Source: an uncultured Acidobacteriota bacterium
Lineage (GTDB): Bacteria; Acidobacteriota; Terriglobia; Terriglobales; Acidobacteriaceae
Length of the DNA stretch: 64,000 nucleotides
Reading direction: 5' to 3'
NCBI GenBank assembly: GCA_963812485.1
Contig: CAWEVD010000013.1
Span: 128,668-192,667, forward strand
Below are positions 43,227 through 57,785 of this stretch, one piece after another. Position numbers and translations under genes: made by a program. Position 1 is the first letter of the stretch. Each line of letters starts with the position of its first letter. The notes beneath the pieces were generated by a model. It was not told where the DNA came from. It was given only the letters and a program-made list of their open reading frames with translations, and ran no database searches.

Positions 43227-44120
43227 GTGAAAACTAGAAAATTCTTAATCGCCATTGTTTTGCTTGTTACTTCCTCAACCGTGTTCTCACAATCTTCAAC
43301 CTCTCTGGTGAGCTACCTTGATTCCGAAGCCATGCCAGGCGCGGGTCACGAGGCTGTAGCTCCCGAACAGGCTCCCGCGCCTGCCATCACTATCTGGTCT
43401 CCGCGGCCATTTTCGAGGGTGGCCTTCGGAGTCGGATTCTCGCCCCTGGGGGTGCAGATGGCTTTGACCACCAACCTCAACCAGCATTTCAATTTACGCA
43501 GCACGGGCAATCTCTTCGGCTACTCCAGCAGCTTCACCACCAATGGAATTCCAGCCAACGCCAGGCTCAACCTGAAGTCCGCCGGAACTGCTGTGGATAT
43601 CTATCCGTTTCACAAAGGGTTCCGCATCAGTCCCGGATTGCTGTTCTACAACGCTAACCAGGCCACCGCCGACGCCAGCATTCCCGGCGGCACGAGTTTC
43701 ACCCTCAACAACCATACGTATTATTCCGCCAACGCGAACCCCGCCACCGGAGCCAGGCCAGTCGATGGCACCGGGCAGATGAGCCTCCACACCACCAACC
43801 CCGCTTTCACCATTACCACCGGCTGGGGCAACACCCTGCCACGCAACGGCCACTGGTCCTTCCCGTTTGAAGTAGGTGTTGCCTTCACGGGCGCACCGTC
43901 CGTGAAGGCAAATCTGAACGGCTGGGCCTGTTACGACAACGCGCAAACCCTTTGCACCGACATCAACAGCAAAACCGATCCGATAGCGCTTGAAATTCAG
44001 AGCAACCTCCAAATCCAGGTAGCCAAGTGGACGCACGATGTTGAACCGCTCAAAACCTACCCCATCGCTTCATTCGGTGTGGCTTACAGCTTTGGGCTGG
44101 GTAGCGCGCCTAGACGATGA
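43227..44120 (+). CDS. Hypothetical outer-membrane beta-barrel-like protein
   Basis: AGGAGG RBS + GTG, signal peptide, amphipathic strands, ..GVAYSF near the C-terminus. Confidence 0.7.
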   Translation: MKTRKFLIAIVLLVTSSTVFSQSSTSLVSYLDSEAMPGAGHEAVAPEQAPAPAITIWSPRPFSRVAFGVGFSPLGVQMALTTNLNQHFNLRSTGNLFGYSSSFTTNGIPANARLNLKSAGTAVDIYPFHKGFRISPGLLFYNANQATADASIPGGTSFTLNNHTYYSANANPATGARPVDGTGQMSLHTTNPAFTITTGWGNTLPRNGHWSFPFEVGVAFTGAPSVKANLNGWACYDNAQTLCTDINSKTDPIALEIQSNLQIQVAKWTHDVEPLKTYPIASFGVAYSFGLGSAPRR

Positions 44121-44194
44121 ACTTTGCAACTATAGAAACTGGGCCCATATATAAAGGAACCGGGCCAATACATTAAGAGCTTGCGCATCAGACT

Positions 44195-44229
44195 GAAGGC
44201 CGCTTCTCTCTGTCGGAGAGGCGGCCTTC
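44195..44229 (+). terminator. Intrinsic terminator
   Basis: GAAGGCCGC..GCGGCCTTC stem followed by GTGTTTGT. Confidence 0.6.
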
Positions 44230-44448
44230 GTGTTTGTGCCTCTGGCAGTTAAGATTCCCTCGCGCGATTCATCTTTAAGGGGCGTCCTTTTCCTTCACGC
44301 GCCAGTGATCATGTTCGACATGCTGGGCCAGATATGCACCTCAAACCAGACCCGGAAAGCGGCCGTGTATCACTCCTATCCCATTTTTGAAGGGGGAGTC
44401 GCCTCCACATTTAGTTGGCGGAGGAGGGAAGTCGAATAGGCGCGAATT

Positions 44449-47434
<2,986 letters not shown>

Positions 47435-47491
47435 TCATTGCGACCCGCGATCCCGCCCCGCATCTCAACAACGAAAGCAAAGGAGAGTCTC

Positions 47492-47785
47492 GTGGATCGA
47501 TATGCATTGCTGGCCCTACTCCACGCCAAGCCCGGCAAGGAAACCGCACTCGAAGAGTTTCTCAAATCGGCTCAACCCCTGGCCGTTGCCGAGCCCGCCA
47601 CCACCTCCTGGTACGCAATCAAGCTGGGCCCTGACCGGTTCGGCATTTTCGATACCTTCCCCGATGAAGCCGGTCGCGACGCGCACCTCGGCGGCCCAAT
47701 CGCCAAGGCGCTGATGGCCAAGGCCGATGAGCTTCTCGCCGATCCGCCGCAGATCGAAAAGCTCGAAATCCTTGCCGCCAAGTAG
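47492..47785 (+). CDS. Antibiotic biosynthesis monooxygenase family protein (putative quinol monooxygenase)
   Basis: AGGAG RBS + GTG; AKPGKE..FGIFDTF.DEAGRDAHL.G.IAKAL. Confidence 0.85.
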   Translation: MDRYALLALLHAKPGKETALEEFLKSAQPLAVAEPATTSWYAIKLGPDRFGIFDTFPDEAGRDAHLGGPIAKALMAKADELLADPPQIEKLEILAAK

Positions 47786-47799
47786 CCCGTGCTTTGTGC

Positions 47800-47850
47800 G
47801 TGCCGGGTTCTCCGCTCTCGTAGGTAAGAGCTCGATTTTGAGACCTGGGA
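47800..47850. repeat. Degenerate Acidobacteria-type REP hairpin
   Basis: GTGCCGGGTTCTC..GATTTTGAGACCTGGGA resembles GGGTGCCC-type extragenic palindromes (recalled, not searched). Confidence 0.35.
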
Positions 47851-47878
47851 AGGAGCGCACCAGCCGTCAAATGAATCC

Positions 47879-48865
47879 ATGGCTCTGCGCTATTGCTTTC
47901 CCCTTCTGCTCGTTCTGCTCCCCGTTTGTCCAGCGCTCGCGCAGGATGGTCCGCCCGATCACCCACACGTCGAAATCGCCTCGTCCCACGAGCTCAGGTT
48001 CGGCCCCAACGTTCTCCAGGTGGATTTCGCCGCCGGCGATCTCGATCTTCCCATCGACACAATCATGGCGCACGTCCAGGCCGCCGCCTCGGCGGTCGCC
48101 ACCTACTATGGCCGGCTTCCTGTTGCCCGAGCCCGGCTGTTGCTGGTTCCCGTCGCTGGCCGGAGCGGCATTATGCAGGGAACCACCTGGCCCGGCATGA
48201 ACGGCTTTCAGGGATTCACGCGCATTCGCATCGGCCAGCACACCACAACGTCGGAGCTGGCCGAAGACTGGACGACCACCCACGAACTGGTGCACATGGC
48301 TTTTCCCACCCTGCCGGACGACCAGCACTGGATGGAAGAAGGCCTGGCCACCTACGTCGAACCCATCGCGCGCGTGCAGACCGGGGAACTGGAGGCGCGC
48401 CAGGTGTGGCGGGACATGGTGTACGGCATGCGCAAGGGCGAGCCGGCGGATGGCGATTCAGGGCTGGATCGGACGCATACCTGGGGTCGCACCTACTGGG
48501 GCGGCGCCCTCTTCTGCCTGGTGGCTGACGTCACCATCCGCCGCGAAACCCAGAATCACAAGGGCCTCCAGGACGCTCTCCGCGCCATCGTCGCCCAGGG
48601 CGGCACCATCGATCACGAATGGCCTCTCGATCAGGCGCTCGCCATCGGAGATCGCGCCACCGGAACCCATGTCCTCACCCGGATGTACGCGGAATGGAAA
48701 GACAAAGCCGTGCCGGTGGATCTGCCCAAGCTGTGGGACGATCTGGGGATCCATTGGACAGCCGGCGGCCCAATCGAGTTCGTCTCTTCCGCGCCCCTCG
48801 CCCAGATCCGCGAAGCGATTGCGAGTCCCGTGCCCCATCCTCTGAAGCCCGACCCAGTCCGCTAA
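47879..48865 (+). CDS. Secreted gluzincin-like metallopeptidase (hypothetical)
   Basis: Signal peptide; HELVH followed by WMEEGLATYVE; TYWGGALF. Confidence 0.75.
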   Translation: MALRYCFPLLLVLLPVCPALAQDGPPDHPHVEIASSHELRFGPNVLQVDFAAGDLDLPIDTIMAHVQAAASAVATYYGRLPVARARLLLVPVAGRSGIMQGTTWPGMNGFQGFTRIRIGQHTTTSELAEDWTTTHELVHMAFPTLPDDQHWMEEGLATYVEPIARVQTGELEARQVWRDMVYGMRKGEPADGDSGLDRTHTWGRTYWGGALFCLVADVTIRRETQNHKGLQDALRAIVAQGGTIDHEWPLDQALAIGDRATGTHVLTRMYAEWKDKAVPVDLPKLWDDLGIHWTAGGPIEFVSSAPLAQIREAIASPVPHPLKPDPVR

Positions 48866-48900
48866 CCGCGTTTCGGTACCCTGTCCGAGCCAAAACCGCT

Positions 48901-48946
48901 GGGTGCCCCATTCTTGGCGCGTTTTTGTTTTTGCGCCAAGGGTGGG
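48901..48946. repeat. REP-like extragenic palindrome, possibly also a terminator
   Basis: GGGTGCCCCA-TTCTTGGCGC..GCGCCAAG-GGTGGG between convergent genes. Confidence 0.65.
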
Positions 48947-48995
48947 ATAGCACGAGCCTCGACCTCTATCCGGTTCTGCAAATCCGACCGAATTC

Positions 48996-49555
48996 CTAAT
49001 CTTCGTGGATATCCTCGCCCAGATTTTCCAGCGCGCTCAGCGCCTCATCCGGCACATCCCACTGGCGCAGGATTTTGTAGATCACGCCCGTCGAGAACCC
49101 TGCCGCCACCAGCCGCCGCATCACCCGCGCAGTCTCCTTCTCATTCTCCGGCTTGCGAATCCGTTTCTGCTCCAGGTGCTTGCGCGCCAGCGCTTCTTCG
49201 TCGGTGCCCTGGTAACGCGCCTCGACAGCCTCGTTCACGATCGGGGCAGCCACGCCCTTCTGCGCCAGCTTCTGCCGCACGTTCCGCTGGCCCAGCTTTT
49301 CGTTTTCCTGCCGCAGCCGCGCATAGGTCTCGGCAAAGGCCGCATCGTCCAGGTAGCCGTACTCCTTGAGGCGTGCCACAACCGCGTTGACCACAGCCTC
49401 CCCGCGCTCCCCGGGCTCGACGCGCGTTCGCATAAGCCGCCGCAACTCGGCCTCGGTGCGCATGGCGCGCCCCAACGCCTTCACGGCGTAGTCATAGCAG
49501 GCCTCCCTCATTGAGGAATGGCTTTCGGCTTGCCGGATTTGGATTGGAAAGGCAA
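48996..49555 (-). CDS. recX: Regulatory protein RecX
   Basis: YAVKALGR..RTEAELR, GYLDDAAFA, LAQKGV, RRLVAAGF; start uncertain (ATG 49511, or TTG 49555 with a frameshift). Confidence 0.85.
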
Positions 49556-49596
49556 CTTCTGACTCCTGGCCTCCAGTTGTTCTGGTCCCTATGTCC

Positions 49597-51798
49597 CTAG
49601 TCCCTTGCTTTCGTCCACTGATCCACCCAGTCATTCACGGTCTTGTACCAGAGCTGCGAATTCTGCGGCTTCAGCACCCAGTGGCCCTCATCGGGGAAGT
49701 ACAGCATCTTCGACGGCACCCCCAGCCGCTGCAGCGTATCGAAGAGCTGATAGCCCTCGCTCACGTCCAGCCGGAAATCGAGCTGGCTGTGAATCACCAG
49801 CGTGGGCGTCTTGAAGTTCTTCGCAGACATCATCGGCGCCCACTTGCGGTAGGGATTCTCCGCGTCCGGTTTGCCATAGTAGTCCCACGGCTTGCCCTTG
49901 AACTCCCACTCGTTGAACCACAGTCTCTTCGGTGGTGCCATATGCCGACTCGGGATCGAACATCCCGTCGTGCGAGACGATGCACTTGAAGCGGTCGGTA
50001 TGGCCGAGCACCCAGTTGGCCATGTAGCCGCCGTAGCTCGCGCCCAGCGCGCACTCCCGCGTCTTGTCGATGAAGGGATAGTGCTGCTCCGCGTAATCGA
50101 GCCCCGTCATCAGGTCGGTAAACGGCTTGCCGCCCCAGTCGCCGTTCACGCCATCCACAAAGGCCTGCCCATACCCCGTCGACCCGCGCGGATTGATCAT
50201 CACCACCACGTAGCCGTTAGCCGCAAACAACTCCGCATTCCAGCGATACGACCACGAATCGCCCCACGCCCCCTGCGGCCCGCCGTGAATGAGAAACTTC
50301 AGCGGATATTTTTTCGCCGCATCAAACCCCGGCGGCCGGATGAGAAACCCTGCACTTTCGCGCCATCCTTGGCCGTAAACCAGAAGGATTCCATCTTGGG
50401 AAGGTCGAGTTGGCGAGAGGAGGGCGTCGTTGAGATGAGTGAATCTGACCAGTGAGCGTTATCGGAATCCACACCTGGGCTGATCGTCACGCTCCGGCGT
50501 GTCGCACATCCGATCAGTGCGACTTCTGAGGGACGGTCAACGCGTCATCATTGATCGCCACAGATCGAACTCCACCGTCCTTGACCATCAGACGATGGAA
50601 TCGCTATCGGATGAAGTCGCTCGCAATTCGCCGGCCAGGTTATGCGAACGCGGTTTCGCCTCCGTCGTAGCGCCGACCAAATAGACGGGCGCCTCTCCGC
50701 GAGTGCCGGTAGTGAAAGAGATTGTTGTGAATTCTGTCCCCACGCGAATTCATCCACCCAGTTATCAAACTTCGGCAGCAGATCCTTGATCGTCTTCGCC
50801 GCGCGGTCATACAGCACCAGCCGAAACTTGTCGCTCTCATAGCCGGCGCGCGCCTGCGACCGCCACGCCAGCTATTTCCCATCCGGCGAGTAGGCCGGAT
50901 TGAAATCCCCACCCGGTGACGTGCGATATTTTCACGGGTTTTGGACTTGGCATCAGTCAGATCCAGCGTAAAGATATCCGCATTGGTCGAGATCGCCGGC
51001 TCCGGATCGAGATTCTCGGTAAACGCCAGTTCCTTCGAATCGGGCGCAAACGCGAAACCACCTCCGCCCTCGAGCGAAAAAGGCGGCACGTCATGCGTGT
51101 CGTTCGGATTCAGGTCGCGCATCGCGCCCGAGTCCAGAGAAACCAGGAACAGGTGAGACCTCTTGTCCCCCGTGAAGTGGTTCCAGTGCCGGTACAGCAG
51201 GTGAGTGAAGATCTGCGCCTTCACCTTGCTCGCAGCCGCAGCCGCGTCCCGATCTTTGTTGCACTTGTCGCCGGTCGTCTGATCGGCGGTCGTAATCGGC
51301 GCGCAGTCCGGATACACCGCCGACGTGAACACGATCGCCTTCCCATCCGGCGACCACTTCGCGTTGTCGGCTTCGGTTGCAATCGACGTCAGCTTCTTCG
51401 CATTGCTGGTCGCGCCGGTCGCCCCATCGAAATCCGCCAGCCATACCTGCTGCCCGCCCTCGCGCCCGCTCAGAAACAGAATCCGCTTTCCATCCGGCGC
51501 AAACTCCGGCCCGCCATCGCCCGGCTGCGCAACAGCGATCTTGATCGGCTCGCCGCCCGCAATCGCCTGCAGCCACAGCTCCGGCGTTTTGGTGTTCTTT
51601 TCGAGATCGACGGTTGTGACGGAGTAAGCCAGCCACTTTCCATCCGGCGAAACGGCCGTCTCTCCCAGGCGCTTCATCTGCATCATGTCTTCAAACGTCA
51701 TGGGCCGCTTGGCCGATCCCGCCTGCGCGAAAGCAGCCGTAGAAGCTGCACAAATCCCAACCAGAATCAGCAAAAAAAGCGCGACGATGCATCTGCAT
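49597..51798 (-). CDS. S9 family peptidase, dipeptidyl-peptidase-like (several frameshifts)
   Basis: Beta-propeller SPDGK repeats; IHGGPQG, GASYGG nucleophile, DFR, DEGHW. Confidence 0.88.
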
Positions 51799-51866
51799 GG
51801 AATTCCCCATACGCGGAGCAGCGATTCAACTCTGCGCGAAGAGAAAGTCTACACCCGGAGGTGGTT

Positions 51867-53178
51867 CTACTTGCTGTACTCGTCCCGCAGCCGCGTCTGC
51901 CGGCTCACCATGGGCACCGCCACGCCCTGGATGTAGACCTGCTTCACATCCGTCCGCACGTCCAGCGGATCGCCGTTGGCGACCACCACGTTGGCCATCT
52001 TGCCCACGTCCAGCGAGCCGAGCTTGTCGCCAAACCCGAACATCTCGGCAACATTCAGCGTGATTGCCTTGAGCGCATCGTCATAGGGCAGTCCGTAGGC
52101 CACCGCAAAGCCCGCCGCGTACGGGCAGATTACGCGACGAGTGGCTGCTCACCGGCCCGCCCGCGTCAGCCGACGAGATGGCGATCTTCACGCCGCGTTT
52201 GGCCAACTCCGCCGGCAGCGTATACACCGCGTCGAAGCGCTGGTCGGCGCGCGGAAAATCATAGATCGAGCCCACGATCACCGGCACTTTCCAGGCAGCG
52301 ATCTTGTCGAGGACTTCCTGGCTGTGGGTCACGTGGTTGAGGATCACCTTCAGGTGAAACTCCTGCGCCAGGCCCATGATCGTCTCCACGTCGTAACCCT
52401 CGTAGACGCCGATCACCACCGGCCGTTCGCCCTTCAGATAGGGGATCAGCGCTTCCAGCTTCAGGTCGCGCTTGGGCTTCTCGCCCTTTTTCACAGCGGC
52501 ATCCTGCTTGGAAACATAGTCCTGCACGTCGAGAAACGTCTGCCGCAGTTGCGTGATCAACCCCATCCGCGTCGAAGGATATTCCCGGCTGATGCCTCCG
52601 CCGCCACCGCGCCCCCCCCGCCGGCGTTGCTCCGCGCCGTAGTTCATGGCCAGCGCCACGTCGCGCCCCAGGATCATCTGGTCGCGATCGGCCCCAAAGA
52701 GTTGAATGAAGATGTCCTGTCCGGCGATCGTGTCGTCGGTCGCCGGTGCCACTATGGCATTGGTGACGCCGTTCAAACGCGCCACCGGAATCAACTCCGT
52801 CTCGGAGTGAAAGGCATCGTAGACGTGCATGTGAGGCATGATCTCGTCGGAGCGCTCGATGAGGTCATTCGACATCTGGTCCGCGCTCACTTCCGTCAAT
52901 CCGAAGTTCGACTCCGGATCGATCAGTCCCGGATACACCGTCATCCCCTTCGCATCCACGATCTGTGCACCAGCAGGCACATTGACTTTGCCGTTCTCGC
53001 CCACGGCCGCGATTTTGCCGTCTGACATCACCAGCACGCCATTGTCGATGGTTCCATGGCTGACCGTCAGAAGCTTTCCACCGGTTATGGCAATCACCTT
53101 GGGCGACGGTGCCTGGGCGGCGACGGCGGCCACAGTTGAGACCGCAAGCACACTTTTCCAAAAGCAAGAAAGAATCAC
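51867..53178 (-). CDS. Amidohydrolase family protein lacking the HxH metal motif (frameshift near 52120)
   Basis: YPGLIDPESN instead of DxHxH; YPSTRMG; GSLDVGKMANVVV. Confidence 0.82.
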
Positions 53179-54546
53179 TGGCCGTCCTCCTCGCCCGCTT
53201 CGTCCTCACCGCCGAATCCGCCATCGTCGTGCATCACGCCATTGAAATGCGTAGTGCCGAGGCCCGGGGAGAGAGGCGTCAAAGAACAGCTCGCCATCGA
53301 TGTACACCTTCTGCGCCCGCGCATAAGTCGATAGCGGATCGTGATTCCACAACACCAGGTCCGCATCCTTGCCCACATCGATCGAGCCAGTGCGATCGTC
53401 CACGCCGATGATCCAGGCCGGGTTCAGCGTCACCATGCGAATCGCCTCATCCTCGGTGGCTCCGCCATAGTGGACCATCTTGCCCGCCTCCTGGTTCAGC
53501 CGCCGGATGTGGTCGTCCGAATCGCTCTTCAGCGCCACTCGCACGCCCTTGCGCATCGACATCACCGCGTTCCAGGGAATGGCGTCCCAGGCCTCGTCCT
53601 TGAAGCCCCACCAGTCGCTGAAGGTGGCGATGGCGGTCTGGTCCGCGGCGATCTTGTCCGCCACCTTGTACATCTCCAGCGCATGATGGAAGGCGCGAAT
53701 CTTGTAGCCGTACTCCTTGGCGATGGCTTCCTCGGTCAGAAACTCATCGGCGCGATAACAGTGGATCTGCACGTAGAGCTTGCCCCGCAGCACGTCCGCC
53801 AGCGCCTCCAGTTTCAAATCGCGCTTGGGCGCGACCGCATCCTTGTCGTTCTTGGCCGCCTTCGCGTTGTAGGCATCCCACTCGGCCATGTAGTGCTTGG
53901 CATCTTCAAAGGCCATGCGCATCACTTCGAAATTGCCCATGCGCGTCGATGGCAGCTGATCGCGGCTGCCGTAGACGCGCTTGGGATTCTCGCCGGAGGC
54001 GAACTTGATCGATCCCGGAGCGTTGGGAAACAGCATCGCGTCGCGGTCCAATCCGAACTTGTTTTTGATCACCACCGCCTGGCCGCCGATCATGTTGGCC
54101 GAGCCGTGCAGCAGCAGTTCCGTAGTCACGCCGCCGGCCAGCGCGCGATACAGGTCGGCGCTGCGATTGTCGAACGCGTCGATCATGTGCATCGACGGGG
54201 TCACCGGGCTGGTCGCCTCGTTTACGTCGCTGTCAAGCGCCGAGTGCGAGTGGGGATCGATGATGCCCGGCGTGAGCCACTCGCCCGCAGCGTCCACCAC
54301 CACGGCCGATGCCGGCGCATTCACCGTTTCGCCGACGCCAGCGATCTTGCCCGCATGCACCCAGACTGCCCCGTGTTCGATGGTGCCGTGGCTGGCCGTC
54401 ATCACCGTCGCGTTACGGATAACCAGGTCCGAAGGCGGGGCCGCCGCCTGCTGAGCGTTCAATGCTGCGCCCGTCGTTGCACAGATGAGGAACAGGCGAA
54501 GTACCGACCGCCCAGCGTGGGGCAGCCTTTCATGGAATTGCTTCAA
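53175..54546 (-). CDS. Amidohydrolase family protein, metal-binding (frameshift near 53265)
   Basis: PGIIDPHSH, KFASGENPK, IHCYRADE, HHALE, SD, GSIDVGKDAD. Confidence 0.88.
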
Positions 54547-54681
54547 GAGGCCTCCTGAAAGCGCAAAAAACTGCGCGTGAAATCAAAGCTGAGAAGGGAA
54601 GAATGCCGGCTTGATCGAACCGATTGCCTTGGCCGCATCCTATCGCATTCGGGACCCGGCGTGGCGGAAAAGTCCAGCGCG

Positions 54682-55593
54682 TCAACCTGCCGCCAGCACG
54701 GCATCGGCAATGCGCGCCGCCTCCACCGCGGGCCTGACGGTGTGCACGCGCACGATGGAAGCGCCATGCAGGATGGCCGCCACCGTGGCCGCGATGCTCG
54801 CCGTTTCGCGCGCACCCACGGGAGCCGGCGATCCCCCATAGAGTGGGGCCAGTGTATGTCCGAGGAACGATTTGCGCGAGATCCCGGCAAGCAGAGGACG
54901 ACCCAGCGATAGCAGTTGATCCTGCCGCGCCAGCAGGGCGTAATTCTCGCCAAAGCGTTTGCCGAAACCGTAGCCGGGATCGACGACGATCGATTGCGGC
55001 CGAACGCCGGCGGCCACGGCGACGGCAAGGCTCGAGGCAAGCCCGTCGCGCACCAGGTTCAGAACAGCTTCCGGAGCCAACTGCGGCTGCGTACGCCATT
55101 CCTCAGGCCGTCCGCGCGTATGCGTCAGCACCACGCCAGCCTCGATGTCTGCGCAGGCGGTCGGCATTTCCGGATCCCATGTGAAGCCGCTTACGTCGTT
55201 GATGATTTCGGCCCCGGCCGCCATCGCCGCGCGCGCCGTCGCTGCCTTGTATGTGTCGACCGAGACAACCGCGTCGGGCTTCTCCTTCAGAATGCCTTCA
55301 ATCACGGGAAGCAGTCGCGCCTGCTCTTCTTCGGCACTCACCGCCGGCGCATCGGCCGAGCCCTCCGTGCCTCCGGCGCGCGAACCCGGCCGTGTGCTCT
55401 CCGCGCCCAGGTCGAGAAGATCGGCTCCGTCTTCGAGGCATTGCATGCAACGGGCCACGGCTACCTCCGGGGCAAGGAAAGAGCCGCCGTCGCTGAAGGA
55501 GTCGGGCGTAATGTTCACCACGCCCATCACCAGCGTCCTCGCACCAAGCTCAAGCGTGCGGGTCCGCAAATGCCACGCGATATTTGTGCGCAC
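54682..55593 (-). CDS. folP: Dihydropteroate synthase
   Basis: NITPDSFSDGG, GAESTRPG, DPGYGFGK, SRKSF, VRVH. Confidence 0.95.
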   Translation of the reverse strand: MRTNIAWHLRTRTLELGARTLVMGVVNITPDSFSDGGSFLAPEVAVARCMQCLEDGADLLDLGAESTRPGSRAGGTEGSADAPAVSAEEEQARLLPVIEGILKEKPDAVVSVDTYKAATARAAMAAGAEIINDVSGFTWDPEMPTACADIEAGVVLTHTRGRPEEWRTQPQLAPEAVLNLVRDGLASSLAVAVAAGVRPQSIVVDPGYGFGKRFGENYALLARQDQLLSLGRPLLAGISRKSFLGHTLAPLYGGSPAPVGARETASIAATVAAILHGASIVRVHTVRPAVEAARIADAVLAAG

Positions 55594-55705
55594 TCGGAGA
55601 TTTCATCAGGCCCCGCGTTCCCTTTCGCGCGTGACTCGATTCTAAGCCGCTTGGCGATTGCTGCTGGGAAGTCCTTCGATTGAGGGGCCTGCTAAACTCC
55701 GGAGC

Positions 55706-57349
55706 ATGATCCCTTCTCGCCGTCGCTTGGCGCTTTGGTTATTGTGTGTTTTGATCCCTTGTTCTGGCCTGGAATCACAGACAAAATCGGCCCGGCCCGC
55801 GGGGCCGCATACCCCGCTTGCCGATCGCATCAACGCCATTCTCGCCGACCCCGCTGTGAGCCACGCCCAATTCGGCATCAGCGTCGTCACCCCGGACGGC
55901 CAGCAACTCTACGGCCTGAACGAAGGCCGCCTGTTCGTGCCCGCCTCGAACGTCAAGCTGTTCACAACCGCTGCGGCTTACGCCCTGCTTCCCGTTGAAA
56001 CGCTTACCTGGACGACCAACATCGTGGCCGGCGGCACCATCGATACCAACGGCACTCTACATGGCGATCTCCTCCTGCTGGGTGCCGGCGATCCGACCCT
56101 GAGCATCCGCCACTATCCCTACCAGCCGCCCGCGCCTCCTCCTCCTCCGGGCACGCCTCCACCTGCCGGCCCGACTACGGGCACACCGCCCCCGGCCGGA
56201 CCCAACCCCATGGAAGTTCTGCAACGGCTCGCCCAGCAAGTAGAGGAGTCAGGTGTGCGCAATGTCGAGGGCAGCGTGGTGGGGGACGACAGCTATTTTC
56301 TTCACGAGCCTTTCGGCACGTCCTGGGGATGGGACGACCTGCAGTGGCCGTATGGCGCGCCTGTTTCGGCGCTCTCGTTCAACGACAACATTGTCGAGTT
56401 GAGGCTTGCGCCTGATCCCGCCTCGCCCAGCGCGACGGTGGCCGAATGGTCTCCCAACGTCGAGTACTACACGCTTGACAACACCGTCACGCTGGCGGCG
56501 CCGGGCGAAACTCCACACCCCGGCCTCGACCGCAGCCCCGGCAACATGATGGTTCGCGCCTATGGCACCATCGCCGCCCAGGGCTTTCATGAGGGGCTTG
56601 CCGTCGACGATCCCGCGGCGTTTACCGCCGCCGCGTTCAAGGAAGCTCTGCGCGGCCGCGGCATCACAGTAGCGGGTTCCGCCACCTCGGCACACCGCTA
56701 TTCCATCGAAACCGGGCCCTTCGCCGCCGAGCGCGCCATGCCTATCAAACCCGCGCCCACCCGTGCCGGCCTCGACACCATCGCGGCGCCGCTCGAAGGC
56801 CGCAAGATCCTGGCCACGCGCGTTTCGGTTCCAGTGGCCGAGGACATTACCATGACCAACAAACTGAGCCAGAATCTGCACGCCGAATTGCTTCTTCGCC
56901 TGCTCGGGAAAGTTCACGGCACAGACGGCAGCTTTGCCGAGGGAGCCCGCGTGGTGCGCCAGTTCATCACCGGCATCGGCGTGGATGATAATGATTTCTT
57001 TCTCTACGACGGCTCGGGCATGAGCATGGATGACCGCGTCGCTCCGCGCTCTCTTACAAAATTGCTGGTCTACGTGACGCGCCAGCCATGGGGAGAGGCC
57101 TGGCGGAATTCGCTGCCCGTCGCGGGCGTCGATGGAACGCTCTCCGGGCGCTTCAAGAATTCGCCCCTCAAAGGCCGCATGTGGGCCAAGACCGGGACAC
57201 ACAACGAGAGCGATGCGCTCTCCGGTTACATAACCACCGCGAGTGGCAAGACAGTCGCGTTCTCGATCATGGTCAACGGCCATCGCCCCGGCAGCAAGGT
57301 CGAGATTCAGGCGATCGACCGGATCTGCGAAGCCATTGCGGCAGACTAA
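55706..57349 (+). CDS. dacB: D-Ala-D-Ala carboxypeptidase/endopeptidase (PBP4, peptidase S13)
   Basis: PASNVK (SxxK), SQN (SxN), DGSG, AKTGT. Confidence 0.93.
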   Translation: MIPSRRRLALWLLCVLIPCSGLESQTKSARPAGPHTPLADRINAILADPAVSHAQFGISVVTPDGQQLYGLNEGRLFVPASNVKLFTTAAAYALLPVETLTWTTNIVAGGTIDTNGTLHGDLLLLGAGDPTLSIRHYPYQPPAPPPPPGTPPPAGPTTGTPPPAGPNPMEVLQRLAQQVEESGVRNVEGSVVGDDSYFLHEPFGTSWGWDDLQWPYGAPVSALSFNDNIVELRLAPDPASPSATVAEWSPNVEYYTLDNTVTLAAPGETPHPGLDRSPGNMMVRAYGTIAAQGFHEGLAVDDPAAFTAAAFKEALRGRGITVAGSATSAHRYSIETGPFAAERAMPIKPAPTRAGLDTIAAPLEGRKILATRVSVPVAEDITMTNKLSQNLHAELLLRLLGKVHGTDGSFAEGARVVRQFITGIGVDDNDFFLYDGSGMSMDDRVAPRSLTKLLVYVTRQPWGEAWRNSLPVAGVDGTLSGRFKNSPLKGRMWAKTGTHNESDALSGYITTASGKTVAFSIMVNGHRPGSKVEIQAIDRICEAIAAD

Positions 57350-57419
57350 ACCCGAGTCCATGCACCCAGCCCAGAAGCCATCGAAAACGCCGCCCGGCCC
57401 TAGTATCATCAGAGGACAG

Positions 57420-57785
57420 ATGCGCATCCGTACGTTTCGAGCTATTCTCTCCGTCGCAGCCGCTTCGGTTGGCTTTGCTCTGGCCTTTGCCGGCTGCCGT
57501 TCGCTACCACCCTCCAAGCCCGAGTCGGAGTGGACCCAGCAGGAGGCGCGCGGCGCGCAGGTATTCCACGACGCCTGCGCCAGGTGCCATTACCCCACCA
57601 ATACGCATTCGCTCCACGGGCCGGGCCTGCAGGCCATCACCAAGGTCAAAGCCATGCCGTCGGGCGCCCCGCCCACCGATGAGCGCCTCACAAGCGTGAT
57701 CATCCGCGGACGCAACATGATGCCCGCCACTCCGCTGAGCGACGATCAGCTCAACGATCTGCTGGCGTATCTGCATACGCTATGA
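57420..57785 (+). CDS. Cytochrome c, probable lipoprotein
   Basis: FAGC lipobox, CARCH heme motif, distal MMP. Confidence 0.85.
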   Translation: MRIRTFRAILSVAAASVGFALAFAGCRSLPPSKPESEWTQQEARGAQVFHDACARCHYPTNTHSLHGPGLQAITKVKAMPSGAPPTDERLTSVIIRGRNMMPATPLSDDQLNDLLAYLHTL

